Shown here: one piece after another, positions 35,524 to 44,656 of the stretch
Layout: each line of letters begins with the position of its first letter
Numbering within the stretch: position 1 is the stretch's first letter
IMG/VR virus record: IMGVR_UViG_3300028708_000002
Location: 1 to 56,419 of that record
Direction: 5' to 3' (one strand)
DNA length: 56,419 nt
From: a virus
Lineage: Duplodnaviria > Caudoviricetes
The notes under the pieces: model-generated
Databases searched by the model: none
Told to the model about the DNA's origin: nothing
The model's input: the letters and a program-made list of their open reading frames with translations, nothing else
Program-made: the position numbers and the translations under genes

Positions 35524-35898
35524 TTAGAACGGCCCGAAGATACCCACCGTTACGGTCGTGAGGGTACCCGTGGCCGTCAGGTTGACTCGGCCGTTCGCGT
35601 CACGGAACCGCGAGGAGTTGTCGATCCACGCGATCAGTTCCGTCGTGGCCGTCATGCCTGCTCCCTGGACCTGTGCGTCCGCGAAGCCTGCCACGGCCGT
35701 CGATCCAACAGGGACCTGAGTGCTCGGGTCGGTGACCTTGAAGGCACCCGCCCCGGTCGGTGTCACGCCACACTTGTAGTGCAGCATGTACCGCGCGTTG
35801 GGCTGCGCGGTGAAGAAGTCCGCTGCCGTCACCTGCGTGTACGTCGGTGCGACGCCAACCAGAGCTGGCTTCTGGACAAATGCCGTCATGTCTGTCAT
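35524..35898 (-). CDS. Putative tail-associated structural protein
   Basis: Strong SD; beta-rich; follows the major tail gene. Confidence 0.6.
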   Translation of the reverse strand: MTDMTAFVQKPALVGVAPTYTQVTAADFFTAQPNARYMLHYKCGVTPTGAGAFKVTDPSTQVPVGSTAVAGFADAQVQGAGMTATTELIAWIDNSSRFRDANGRVNLTATGTLTTVTVGIFGPF

Positions 35899-35910
35899 GT
35901 CGTCGCCTCC

Positions 35911-36465
35911 TTACGGGATAGCAGCAGCAGTTTCGTTCTGGACGAAGTCCCACACCCGGTCCAGTGCGGCCGGGAGAAGAGACTTCAGGCCGACGCCGGA
36001 GGCACCGGTCAGGAAGAATGACCCATCGGTGAGCTCACCGGTGAGGTTGTCGGTCGCCTTGGCGCGGTAGATGACGATGTGGAAGTCGCCACCGGAGTCG
36101 CTGATGGACTGGCCCTCAATCTTGAAGTAGGGCCGTACGTCCGTCACGAGCTTGCGGAGCGTCTTCACCTGGTTGGGGGTGGAGCCGGTGGTGCTGACCG
36201 TGCCGCCATACATCGCGGCCACGGCCTCAAACGAGACACCGCCACCCTCAAGTTCCCACTCGACCTGTGGGCCGCTGCCGTGCGTCGCCACGAGGCTGTC
36301 GTCACCCCGAAGCTCCTCAAACTCCTCGGCCTCGGCGAACGTCAGCGTGCGGGAGTTCGGCAGGTCGACCGAGGCACCCGCAAGCACCGTCGCAGTCGCG
36401 TCAGTGTAGGGGGTGATCTTGAGATCGCGCAGACCGAATGGCAGCGAAATCGTGTTCAGAGGCAT
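35911..36465 (-). CDS. Major tail protein
   Basis: LPFGLRDLKI, EELRGDD and RPYFKIEG; position. Confidence 0.82.
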   Translation of the reverse strand: MPLNTISLPFGLRDLKITPYTDATATVLAGASVDLPNSRTLTFAEAEEFEELRGDDSLVATHGSGPQVEWELEGGGVSFEAVAAMYGGTVSTTGSTPNQVKTLRKLVTDVRPYFKIEGQSISDSGGDFHIVIYRAKATDNLTGELTDGSFFLTGASGVGLKSLLPAALDRVWDFVQNETAAAIP

Positions 36466-36661
36466 TGTCCCTCCCTTCTAGATCCCTGAACCTCAGTGTA
36501 TCCAACAGTTTTCCCTCGGTGTTGAAGCGGTGGAGGACCACCCGCCCCGGTCCGGCCCCGCAGAAGCGCGAGGAGCACTTGATCTCGATGATGGGCTCAG
36601 CCTCATCCTCGGCCAGTAGCTCTCCGTGCTTCTTGGAGTCGCACCGAAGCTCAATCCTCAA
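36401..36661 (-). CDS. Small Cys/His protein
   Basis: ELRCDSKKHG...IKCSSRFCG...VVLHRF; TTG start. Confidence 0.55.
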   Translation of the reverse strand: MRIELRCDSKKHGELLAEDEAEPIIEIKCSSRFCGAGPGRVVLHRFNTEGKLLDTLRFRDLEGRDNASEHDFAAIRSARSQDHPLH

Positions 36662-36974
36662 CCTCGACAACCTCCAAGTCTTGTTCGTTCGTGAGGAAGC
36701 GAACCTGCTCCTCCTCCGTGAGGAAGCCCAGCGCGTCGAGCGGCTGAACCCAGTTGTTCCCCTTGTTCCAACGCAGGAACATGGGGACCTCACGCGGCTC
36801 CTCGCCCTCGGGCGGTGGGCCGATGAGACGGCGGAAGTCCATCGCTGTGAACTCCCGCTCATCGAACGGGTACAGGTGGCCCTTCCACACGATCTCTCTG
36901 CGTGTCTTCGGCGCGGCCTCGGGATCGCCCTCTGCCGTCACGTTGGCCTCGCCGTTGCGTGCCTTGCCTGTCAT
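36651..36974 (-). CDS. Hypothetical protein
   Basis: TAATG coupling. Confidence 0.65.
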   Translation of the reverse strand: MTGKARNGEANVTAEGDPEAAPKTRREIVWKGHLYPFDEREFTAMDFRRLIGPPPEGEEPREVPMFLRWNKGNNWVQPLDALGFLTEEEQVRFLTNEQDLEVVEVED

Positions 36975-37387
36975 TACCATCCTCCCGTCGCCGCAATCCG
37001 GTACGCGCTGTTGCGGGTCCACGCCTTGTAGCCGTCATCGAACAGATCCGTGCTGTCGCCGTTCCAGTTCAGCCCAATGATCCAGCCCGGATTGATCGGA
37101 GTCCCGGCCAGTCCCAGCAGGACGCTGCGCGCCGCCCGGAGTATCCCTGTGATGGGAGTGTAGTTGCCAGCCCGGTTGTAGGCCCACAAGTTCATGTTCT
37201 CCACGCGAGCGTCGCTGTCGTTGCCCGGTCCTACCTCGGTTACGCCCCAACGCATCACAGCGAAAGTCTCTGCCTGGATGGTGTCGGTCCCGGCCGGATA
37301 CAACGTATCCGTGGTGAGCCCGAGCGCGATCAGCGTGGGGTCGGACGTCAGCACGTCGTACACCCGGTCACGAAGGTTGGTGGTCAT
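36974..37387 (-). CDS. Tail terminator
   Basis: Size and position; DLFDDGY. Confidence 0.65.
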   Translation of the reverse strand: MTTNLRDRVYDVLTSDPTLIALGLTTDTLYPAGTDTIQAETFAVMRWGVTEVGPGNDSDARVENMNLWAYNRAGNYTPITGILRAARSVLLGLAGTPINPGWIIGLNWNGDSTDLFDDGYKAWTRNSAYRIAATGGW

Positions 37388-37767
37388 GCTCCACCCAACC
37401 TTCGGAAGATTCTGTTGAGCGTCCCCATGAGCTTCGGTCCCTGGTCGATCAGCGCCGGGACGATCACGGCGTACCGACCGGCGAACCGGACCTCAAGCCA
37501 GATGTTGTAAGGCATCCGGCCGAACAGATGGAGCGTGTGGCGCTTCCGCGCCTCGTGCTCGGTCACCGTCGAGAGACCCTGCCGCGCGTTACCAGTGCGG
37601 TCGGTCCACGGCGCGTTGTCCTTCATCCAGCCCTGTGCGATGGTCGCCTGCCGATCGAACGTGGTGGCCACAAACCCATCGAGCCGGTCATCCAGGACCT
37701 TGACGCCGTGCAGCAGTGGCGTCATGTCCATCTCGATGTTGAGGTTGGCTCCGTTACGACTCGCCAC
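37384..37767 (-). CDS. Neck/tail completion protein (HK97 gp10-like)
   Basis: NAPWTDRTGNARQGL...Y.IWLE...GRYAVI.P. Confidence 0.75.
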   Translation of the reverse strand: MASRNGANLNIEMDMTPLLHGVKVLDDRLDGFVATTFDRQATIAQGWMKDNAPWTDRTGNARQGLSTVTEHEARKRHTLHLFGRMPYNIWLEVRFAGRYAVIVPALIDQGPKLMGTLNRIFRRLGGA

Positions 37768-38140
37768 GGCGCACCACCTGTGCCCGGCGCTCATAGCCGT
37801 TGTCGGGCAGTAGCTCCGCGATCTCCCAGCGGAGCCCGTTCGCGTCAACCCAGGTGTCGTACAGCCCGATGGCCGCCTGGTAGCTGCCAAGCAGCTGGTA
37901 CTCGACCCTCCGCTCAACCCCATCGGCAGTGTGTACGGAGCCCTGGACTGGGCCGCGCGTACTGCTCTGGTCGATCACCCGGAGGACCTGCGGAGCGCGT
38001 GGTGGTCCCTCGACCCACTGGAAGCCCGAGCCACGCTTGATGCGGCTCCTCGGGATCAGCGTGAGCGTGGTCGGGTTTGAGTCTATGAATGCCTGTGTGT
38101 TACGGCGCTGTAGCTCCAATTCTCCGGCCAGAAGGGTCAT
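37754..38140 (-). CDS. Head-to-tail stopper
   Basis: Position and size. Confidence 0.6.
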   Translation of the reverse strand: MTLLAGELELQRRNTQAFIDSNPTTLTLIPRSRIKRGSGFQWVEGPPRAPQVLRVIDQSSTRGPVQGSVHTADGVERRVEYQLLGSYQAAIGLYDTWVDANGLRWEIAELLPDNGYERRAQVVRRGES

Positions 38141-38144
38141 TGCC

Positions 38145-38456
38145 CTACCTCCGGAGCCGGGAGACGCGGGTGCCTCGCCCAGAGGCCAAGCTAGGGCTCT
38201 GCCCGCCGAACTGCGCTGCCATCCTTAGGAACTGCTCCTGGAGATCGCCCATCTTGCGGCTGGACCCGCCCTCGGAGATGTCCACGAGCGAGGAGGCGCT
38301 AGCGGCCTTGTTGGTCCAGACGTTGTACGCCACGAGGTCGAGATCACCCGAGGCCGCGTCGATCGCCGCGCCGAGGACAGCGTCCGTGTAGGGATCGGCG
38401 TTGAGCGGCTGGTCAATCTTCAGCCGCAGCAAGGCAATCTGGTCAGCGGTTGCCAT
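38145..38456 (-). CDS. Head-to-tail adaptor
   Basis: W..KAA....LVDISEGGSSRK motif; position. Confidence 0.7.
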   Translation of the reverse strand: MATADQIALLRLKIDQPLNADPYTDAVLGAAIDAASGDLDLVAYNVWTNKAASASSLVDISEGGSSRKMGDLQEQFLRMAAQFGGQSPSLASGRGTRVSRLRR

Positions 38457-38478
38457 GCCTCCTCCTCCCTAGGCGAGT

Positions 38479-38521
38479 CCCGGACGCGCGACGCCACCGC
38501 AGGCGACGTCGCGCGTCCGGG
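38479..38521 (-). terminator. Stem-loop after the capsid genes
   Basis: 15-bp inverted repeat CCCGGACGCGCGACG/CGTCGCGCGTCCGGG. Confidence 0.65.
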
Positions 38522-38527
38522 GGTCGG

Positions 38528-38830
38528 TCACTCGTCGGCTGGCTCGGCGTCGGCCAGTGACTCGTCGTGTGCCTCCAGGCGTGCGGCCAGTTCGGCCTTG
38601 GTCCCGGACGCGCTCATCTGCAGCGTCGGGTCCTGCTGGTTGCGCTTATCCACCTCGGCCAAGAGATCGGCCTTGCCCCACAGCGTGTAGTCGGGGGCCT
38701 CCTCGGCCTCATCCTCGTCCACGCCATTCTCCTCATCCAGTCGTGCGATGAGGTCCTCCCGCCCACGGTCGCTGAGGTACTTGCGATCCTCGCGCGTGAG
38801 CGGCTCATCCATCGGAATGTTCCGTGCCAT
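38528..38830 (-). CDS. Small SAP/HeH-like protein
   Basis: GKADLLAEV..R......SGTKAELAARL. Confidence 0.7.
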   Translation of the reverse strand: MARNIPMDEPLTREDRKYLSDRGREDLIARLDEENGVDEDEAEEAPDYTLWGKADLLAEVDKRNQQDPTLQMSASGTKAELAARLEAHDESLADAEPADE

Positions 38831-38846
38831 CTTCGCCTCCTCCCCG

Positions 38847-39983
38847 TTACCAGACGAATGCGGCTGGAACCGCGTAGGCGGATGCGGACACGCGGACGAT
38901 TGCCGCCGCGCCGCGCTGGGCCACACCCGATCCCAGACCCCGGATGAAGAAGGAGTCAATGAGCGGGTAGTTGGAGTTGTTGCCGGGACGGAGCACGAGA
39001 CCCCGAAGCGCGGCATTCTCCGACTCGCGGAGACCGACGATGTTCAGGTTGCTGGACCGGCCCTGCGACGCTGCCGCGACGAAGTACCCGGCAGGGATCT
39101 GCGGGTCCTCCACGATCAGGTACGGCCCGTAGGAGCCGACCACCGACAGACCGGCGAACGTGTTCGCAGGCTGCGATCCCGCCGCGACCTCCCAGCCGAC
39201 GGGCAGCTGGAAGCCAGTCCCCTGAGCCGGGATGAAGTCGTACACGGCCGTCTGCGCGTTGTTGTTCGCCACGCCGCGCCGGAACGTCTTGACAACGTCC
39301 GACTCCGCCTTGTTCATGAGGAGGATGACGGTGTACCCGTTCTGCCGGGTGAAACCGTGCTCCTCCACCAGGAACGCCGCGTCAGTCAGGTCCGTGCTGT
39401 CGATCGCTGCCGCACCGGTGTTGATGTAGTGCGTGTGCGAGCCAGGCGTGAACGTCAGGCCCTTGTAGGGCGGGATGTAGGAGCCGTCCGCGTTGTACAG
39501 CGCCGTGACCGTGTACGGCGTAGTGCCGATGGTCGCGGTCCTGTTGACGTTGTTGAACAGCGCCTTCATCACGAGGTCGAACTGGAGTGCGTTGTCGGCC
39601 TCCATCACCTGCTGGAGGATCGCGTCCAGCTGCTGCGTCGACGCGCCGCCAAGCTGGTTGGGGCCTCCGGCGAGGAACTGGAAGGTGTAGGACGCGCGGA
39701 TGTCGTACCACTTGAACGGGAATGCCCGCTGGGTAACGACAGGCTGCGGCCGGATCGAGACCGGGATGCCGAACTCTGTGGCCTCCTCGAATCGCTCCGT
39801 ACCCGGCTGGACGATGTCCTCGATGACGTTCGTGACACCGAAGGACAGGAGATCCGCGAGCGGAGTGCGCGCGCTGTTGAAGTCCTGCAGCGCCTGCTGG
39901 TAGCTGTCCCACACCGCGTTGAGATCCTGCCCATCCCGCGTACGGGTGAGGATGTCAGCACTGGTGGCGTAACCCTTAGCCAT
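38847..39983 (-). CDS. Major capsid protein
   Basis: 378 aa after scaffold and decoration genes; FEEATEFGIP; strong SD. Confidence 0.85.
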   Translation of the reverse strand: MAKGYATSADILTRTRDGQDLNAVWDSYQQALQDFNSARTPLADLLSFGVTNVIEDIVQPGTERFEEATEFGIPVSIRPQPVVTQRAFPFKWYDIRASYTFQFLAGGPNQLGGASTQQLDAILQQVMEADNALQFDLVMKALFNNVNRTATIGTTPYTVTALYNADGSYIPPYKGLTFTPGSHTHYINTGAAAIDSTDLTDAAFLVEEHGFTRQNGYTVILLMNKAESDVVKTFRRGVANNNAQTAVYDFIPAQGTGFQLPVGWEVAAGSQPANTFAGLSVVGSYGPYLIVEDPQIPAGYFVAAASQGRSSNLNIVGLRESENAALRGLVLRPGNNSNYPLIDSFFIRGLGSGVAQRGAAAIVRVSASAYAVPAAFVW

Positions 39984-39997
39984 CTGTCATCCCTCCC

Positions 39998-40396
39998 TTA
40001 CGTGGTAGACATGGGGCAGCGGACGATCATGCGTGTGGTGCTGACCATCTTGCCGATGATCTTGCTGGTCGCGGCCACAGCGTCAACGACGCCGACACCG
40101 CCAGCTGTTCCGTGCGCGTAGACGATGTCACCAGCGGCCCATGCGGTACCACCGGTCTTGGTCGCCTCCACGATCTCGCCATCAGTCATGACGTCGATCG
40201 GCTCTGCGGCCGACATCGGCCGGACCGCGATGATGACCCCGATGATGGCAGTCTCAGCGGCTCCGCCAATCACGACCTGTCCAGACGTGTTGATGCTCAC
40301 CGCCTGGATCTTGCCGACGTCTGTGCTGGTGATGGCAGCCAGAAGCGGAGCGCGGAATCCGCCCACTCGTGGCTCATACTTGTCGTACCTAGACAC
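39998..40396 (-). CDS. Capsid decoration/cement protein
   Basis: SRYDKYEP..GGFRAPL, IDVMTDGEIVE; between scaffold and capsid genes. Confidence 0.65.
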   Translation of the reverse strand: MSRYDKYEPRVGGFRAPLLAAITSTDVGKIQAVSINTSGQVVIGGAAETAIIGVIIAVRPMSAAEPIDVMTDGEIVEATKTGGTAWAAGDIVYAHGTAGGVGVVDAVAATSKIIGKMVSTTRMIVRCPMSTT

Positions 40397-40416
40397 CCTT
40401 CACCACCCTTCTCCTC

Positions 40417-41085
40417 CTAGCCTCCCAGGCGGGAGCGCAATGCCGGCAAACGCTTGGACATCTCGGACTTGTCAGGCTTCCCGGCCTGACCAGCCTTGCC
40501 CTGGTTCATCGGCGGAACACCCGTCTGTTGCTGACCGCCGTCCCCTTCGGACTTCGGCTTGAGCATCCACGGGTACTGCTTGGCCAGGCCTTCAATGATG
40601 GCCTTGAGCCCCACGACCTGGCCTTGATCGTCTATTTCAAGCTTGCTGATATCGACCATCCCGAGCGCGACAGCGGGGTCTTGCCAGTCGTACGTGTTGT
40701 CACTGAGGAATCCGTTTCGGACGCGCTCACGCCGCAGGTCCTGATCGGCCTGCGCGAGCTTCGCCTTGAACTCCTCGGCGTCACGCTTGAGCTTGTCCAT
40801 CTCCGGGAGGTCCTTGTCACGGATCTCTCGCAGCTGTGTCTCCAACTGTGCTGCCCGCTGGTCTGCCGCGCGCGTCCTCGCCTGCTGGGCCGCCATCTCC
40901 TCAGCCGTGTGAACCGCTGTCGGAGTCGCCGGAGCGCCGCCCTGTGCGTCCGCTGTCTGGCCCTGCTGGCCGGTGGCACCGCTCTGTGTGCCCGCGCCGC
41001 TGGTGCTCGTATCCGCCCCTGCACCGGCGCTCTGTCCGGTGTCTCCAGCGCCGCTCTGTGCGCCGGGGTCGAGTGGTGCCGTCAT
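40417..41085 (-). CDS. Scaffolding protein
   Basis: Low-complexity N-terminus, coiled coil, LAKQYPW.LK. Confidence 0.75.
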   Translation of the reverse strand: MTAPLDPGAQSGAGDTGQSAGAGADTSTSGAGTQSGATGQQGQTADAQGGAPATPTAVHTAEEMAAQQARTRAADQRAAQLETQLREIRDKDLPEMDKLKRDAEEFKAKLAQADQDLRRERVRNGFLSDNTYDWQDPAVALGMVDISKLEIDDQGQVVGLKAIIEGLAKQYPWMLKPKSEGDGGQQQTGVPPMNQGKAGQAGKPDKSEMSKRLPALRSRLGG

Positions 41086-41130
41086 CTTGCTGCCTCCGGA
41101 TGATAGTTCCTCTGTACGCTGGAAGTCGAA

Positions 41131-41382
41131 TCAGCTGGCAAGCCAATCCTCGAATGCCTTCCGTGCCTCCTCGGTTGGCCTCTGCCTGAACTGTAGTCCA
41201 CCGTCCCCGGTAAACGGCTTACGGTGGTCCGCACCCTCAAGGCCAATAGCCATAGGGATTCCGGCAGGGAACGCATCGCACGTCCGGACAGTTCGCCCTC
41301 CGGGGTCGATCGCGGTGGCAGGCCTCGGCTCGCCCTGTAGGCGCTCACATGCCAGGCATTGCACTGGGCGTCGGCTTGTCAT
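41131..41382 (-). CDS. Small CxAFPxGIP protein (putative MuF-toxin partner/immunity)
   Basis: CLAC...TCDAFPAGIP...DH..PF.GDGG..F; ATGA-coupled to the MuF gene. Confidence 0.7.
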   Translation of the reverse strand: MTSRRPVQCLACERLQGEPRPATAIDPGGRTVRTCDAFPAGIPMAIGLEGADHRKPFTGDGGLQFRQRPTEEARKAFEDWLAS

Positions 41383-43082
41383 GGTCTTGTTGCCTCCTCG
41401 GCCATCCGCTGCATAACCCTGCCTATCTTGAGGATCCAGGGTCGCGGGCGACCTGATGTTGTGTACTCCGACCAGATCTCAGCGAACATCTCCGCCTGCG
41501 AGTGCGCGCCGTACTTGGAGACGCTGAACTCAATGACGGTCTTGTTCTGGGCCACCCAGGCATCGGCCTCGGTCCAAGTCAGCCCGATATCCCTGTGCCG
41601 TCCCTTGGTGATGACCGGCTTGCGCAGCCCAAGCTCCTTCGCCACCACACTGAAGATGCGCTCGGCTTGGTCAACCGTGTAGTTCCCGAATCCATCGTTG
41701 AACCGGAAGTTGACGTGGTGGCCATACTCGTGTGCCACCGTCGCCTCTAGCCCCGGCCGGTCGGAGTGCGAGTGCCATCCAGAGCCGTGGTCTTTCCGCG
41801 ACAGCGCCGTCATCCTGTCCAGGTCATCGAAGTGCCCAGGACTGATGCTGATGTCGCGCTCTGCCAACCGGTAGTAGGCGAGCGTGTTCTCTCCCTGGGA
41901 GTTGATGAACTCCCTGCCATACATCGTGGAGGAGCCCTCACCACGGACTCTGTTCAGCTTCATCATCGTATACGGCGTCTTGGTGGCCTGCGTCCGTAGC
42001 TCGCGCCCCGCTGCGGTCCGGGCCTTGCCGGATGCCATCAGGTTTATGGTCTTGGCGTGCTCCTTGGCCGTCCGTACGGTCTGCGCGCGGATCTGTGCGG
42101 GTGTTGGACCGAGGAGCCGGAGCGGAGCGGATGCGGTGACCCGCCCAGCGCCGGGCAGGCTCGGGCCGATCCTCTGACCGGGCAACGCGCCGTGACCACC
42201 GAGGTAATTGTCATACTTCCCAGCAAATAGCCCATCGATGAACGCGTCATCGTCAACGACTACAGGGGTTGCGTAGCACAGGCACTGCGGGTGCGGCTTG
42301 CGGGGTACGTCCCGGACCGGGAACACTCCAGGCCCCATCTTGAACTGGTCGTCGTGAGCGAGGGTGTCGCAGTCGTCTGCCTTTGGGTGGGAGCGCGAGA
42401 GGTTCCAGCGCATCCCGAGCACCCAGGGCTTGTCAGCGGCCTCAACCGACATAGCGTGGAACGCATTGTTGATCTCGGTCCGCGCCAGTCGCATCGCCGC
42501 GTACCGCATCCCGCCCGGCGTGCTGGGGTCAAAGAAGTTCAAAGCCTCCGCCGCGAACTCCCGCGCGCTCAAGCCCCGTGCCAGAGCGCTGTTGATCATC
42601 CGGTCGATCTGCCCGCCCGTCCGGACCGTGTTGTTATAGATCCTCTGGCTGAGCGGGATCGAGGACTGCGTGATGCGCGCCGTCGCCACGTCGATCGTCC
42701 TGAGTAGACTCTGCTCAAGGCTGTCCGCGAGAGCCTTAGCTGTCGCCGAGTCGCCCACCATCCCGAACAACGCCGCGTCGAGCCGCGCGCTGAGATGGTC
42801 GGCGGCCAGAGCGGCTCGCGCGCGGCCCTGACTGATGACATCGCCGATCCGGCCGAACACCTTGACCTGCTGCCGAAGCATCTCCTTGCGGATCTCCCGC
42901 AGCTGGCTGACCCGCACGAAGTCGCTGATGCTTCCCTTGCTACGCGCCAGGATGCGCTTGATCTGAGCGTCCAGATCCTTCTGTGCCTCTAGCAGGACGC
43001 CCAGCAGCTGATGGTCAGCAAGCTTCTGGACCCCCGCATAGGCGCGGATCCACTCTTGCGGGTCAGGAGCCGTAGCTGGCAT
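41379..43082 (-). CDS. MuF-like minor head protein with C-terminal zincin metallopeptidase
   Basis: RLARTE, CD.L and PHPQCLC MuF motifs; HEYGH plus SKYG....EMFAE. Confidence 0.85.
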   Translation of the reverse strand: MPATAPDPQEWIRAYAGVQKLADHQLLGVLLEAQKDLDAQIKRILARSKGSISDFVRVSQLREIRKEMLRQQVKVFGRIGDVISQGRARAALAADHLSARLDAALFGMVGDSATAKALADSLEQSLLRTIDVATARITQSSIPLSQRIYNNTVRTGGQIDRMINSALARGLSAREFAAEALNFFDPSTPGGMRYAAMRLARTEINNAFHAMSVEAADKPWVLGMRWNLSRSHPKADDCDTLAHDDQFKMGPGVFPVRDVPRKPHPQCLCYATPVVVDDDAFIDGLFAGKYDNYLGGHGALPGQRIGPSLPGAGRVTASAPLRLLGPTPAQIRAQTVRTAKEHAKTINLMASGKARTAAGRELRTQATKTPYTMMKLNRVRGEGSSTMYGREFINSQGENTLAYYRLAERDISISPGHFDDLDRMTALSRKDHGSGWHSHSDRPGLEATVAHEYGHHVNFRFNDGFGNYTVDQAERIFSVVAKELGLRKPVITKGRHRDIGLTWTEADAWVAQNKTVIEFSVSKYGAHSQAEMFAEIWSEYTTSGRPRPWILKIGRVMQRMAEEATRP

Positions 43083-44656
43083 TACGCCTCCGGAGGCGCG
43101 GCCTCGGTGTCGAGCCGTCCGCCAACCACGTCAAGGGCAGCAGCCTGCTCGTCAAGGATCTGCTGGAGCATATCGTCCGGGAAGTTGAGCCCCAGCGTCT
43201 TGGCGAGGTAGCTCAGCGCCCACTCCCGAGACACCAGCCCTGCCTGGACTAGCGCCGTAACCTCGGCCACTACCTCCTTGCGGTTCAACGGGAGCATCGG
43301 CCCGAAGGAGGACACCGCCTCCAGCCGCTCATCCGGCGTCAGCCCCTCATACGCTGGGATCCAACCGTGGATGAGGTCATGCATGAACTGGTCGAGCTTG
43401 CCGCCTAGCTCGGTCTGCTTTTCGCTGTTCTTGGAGGTCAGTGGAGCGAACCGGATGGCCAGCGCGATCCCGGACTCAGCAGCTGTGACCTCAATCGTCC
43501 CAACCGCTACCTCAGGCGTGCCAGTCGTCTCCAGCGCCGCGCTCCGCAGCGCGCCGTAGTGCCCGAGTCCAGGCTCCACCGTCGTAACGCCTTCAACCCG
43601 ACCGAACTTCTTGCCATCCTGTAGCTCGACCATCCCGGCCGGACTGATAACCCAGTCCTGCGTCACCCCGTTAGCGTCAACAGGAGGCGCACTGTCGGTC
43701 CAGTAGACGCCCAGGCTCTGCAACGCTAGCGCGAGGTCCTGGTCACTCATCGTGGTCGTCATGCCGCCGAGGACTGTCTCAACGCCCTGGATCTCCGACA
43801 CGCCGAACACGCCCGGTGCGCCGCCGCGCCGATTGCGGAAGTGATACACGGGGATCGCTGTGATCTGGCTCGGCAGTGGCATCCCGGCCATGAGGAGTTG
43901 GTTGCCGGGTGTGTCTAGGCGCGTCGGTACCTCCGCACCCTCCAGATCCTCCTCGGTCAGCGGGTAGCGGTCATCCCACTTGGCGAGGGCATAGAAGCCC
44001 ATCTGCACCGCGACAGTCCCGATCGGCGAGCCGAACGCAGCCGCGTCCTCCTCATCCATCACGCGCCGGTACATGAGTCGCTGGGCGATCTGCGTCGTGC
44101 CATCGTCAGCGAGGACGATGTTCACGATGTAGCAGCCGATCACGCGCTCTTCATCAACCGGGTCAACAATCGGGAAGTACTGCGCCGGATCTAGCTCGGT
44201 GATCCGGATGCGGGTGCCCTCGGCCTTGAGCGGGTCGGCGGTCACATGGATCATGCCGTCGCCGCGTGCGAGCGTCCATCGCTTGACCGAGCCGAACTTG
44301 GACAGGAACTCCTCACGCCGGAACAGCGCGTCCACGAAGCTCTGCGTCACTAGCCGCTGCGCGTCCTCTGCTGGCTCTCCGGTGTCGCTCATGATCCAGG
44401 TCCAGGCGAGGTCCCGAGCGAGGTAGGAGTTGGTGGACTCGATGATGGTGCGGGCGCCAGGGATGTACCTCCGGCTAATCTCATCCCCATCGTCCCGGAG
44501 GAGCGCCTGGAACGCCGAGGGTGCGTTGTTGTAGATGTCTGTGTATGCCCAGTAGGCCTGCACACGCTGCTGGTCGTCCACCTGCTTGGTGTTGACGAAC
44601 GTCGGCGGTGCGCCTCCCAGTGCAACCGCAGTCGCGTATGGGGATTCCGCAACCAT
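43082..44656 (-). CDS. Portal protein
   Basis: After terL; IPVYHF, FGVSEI and AESGIALAIRFAP. Confidence 0.85.
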   Translation of the reverse strand: MVAESPYATAVALGGAPPTFVNTKQVDDQQRVQAYWAYTDIYNNAPSAFQALLRDDGDEISRRYIPGARTIIESTNSYLARDLAWTWIMSDTGEPAEDAQRLVTQSFVDALFRREEFLSKFGSVKRWTLARGDGMIHVTADPLKAEGTRIRITELDPAQYFPIVDPVDEERVIGCYIVNIVLADDGTTQIAQRLMYRRVMDEEDAAAFGSPIGTVAVQMGFYALAKWDDRYPLTEEDLEGAEVPTRLDTPGNQLLMAGMPLPSQITAIPVYHFRNRRGGAPGVFGVSEIQGVETVLGGMTTTMSDQDLALALQSLGVYWTDSAPPVDANGVTQDWVISPAGMVELQDGKKFGRVEGVTTVEPGLGHYGALRSAALETTGTPEVAVGTIEVTAAESGIALAIRFAPLTSKNSEKQTELGGKLDQFMHDLIHGWIPAYEGLTPDERLEAVSSFGPMLPLNRKEVVAEVTALVQAGLVSREWALSYLAKTLGLNFPDDMLQQILDEQAAALDVVGGRLDTEAAPPEA

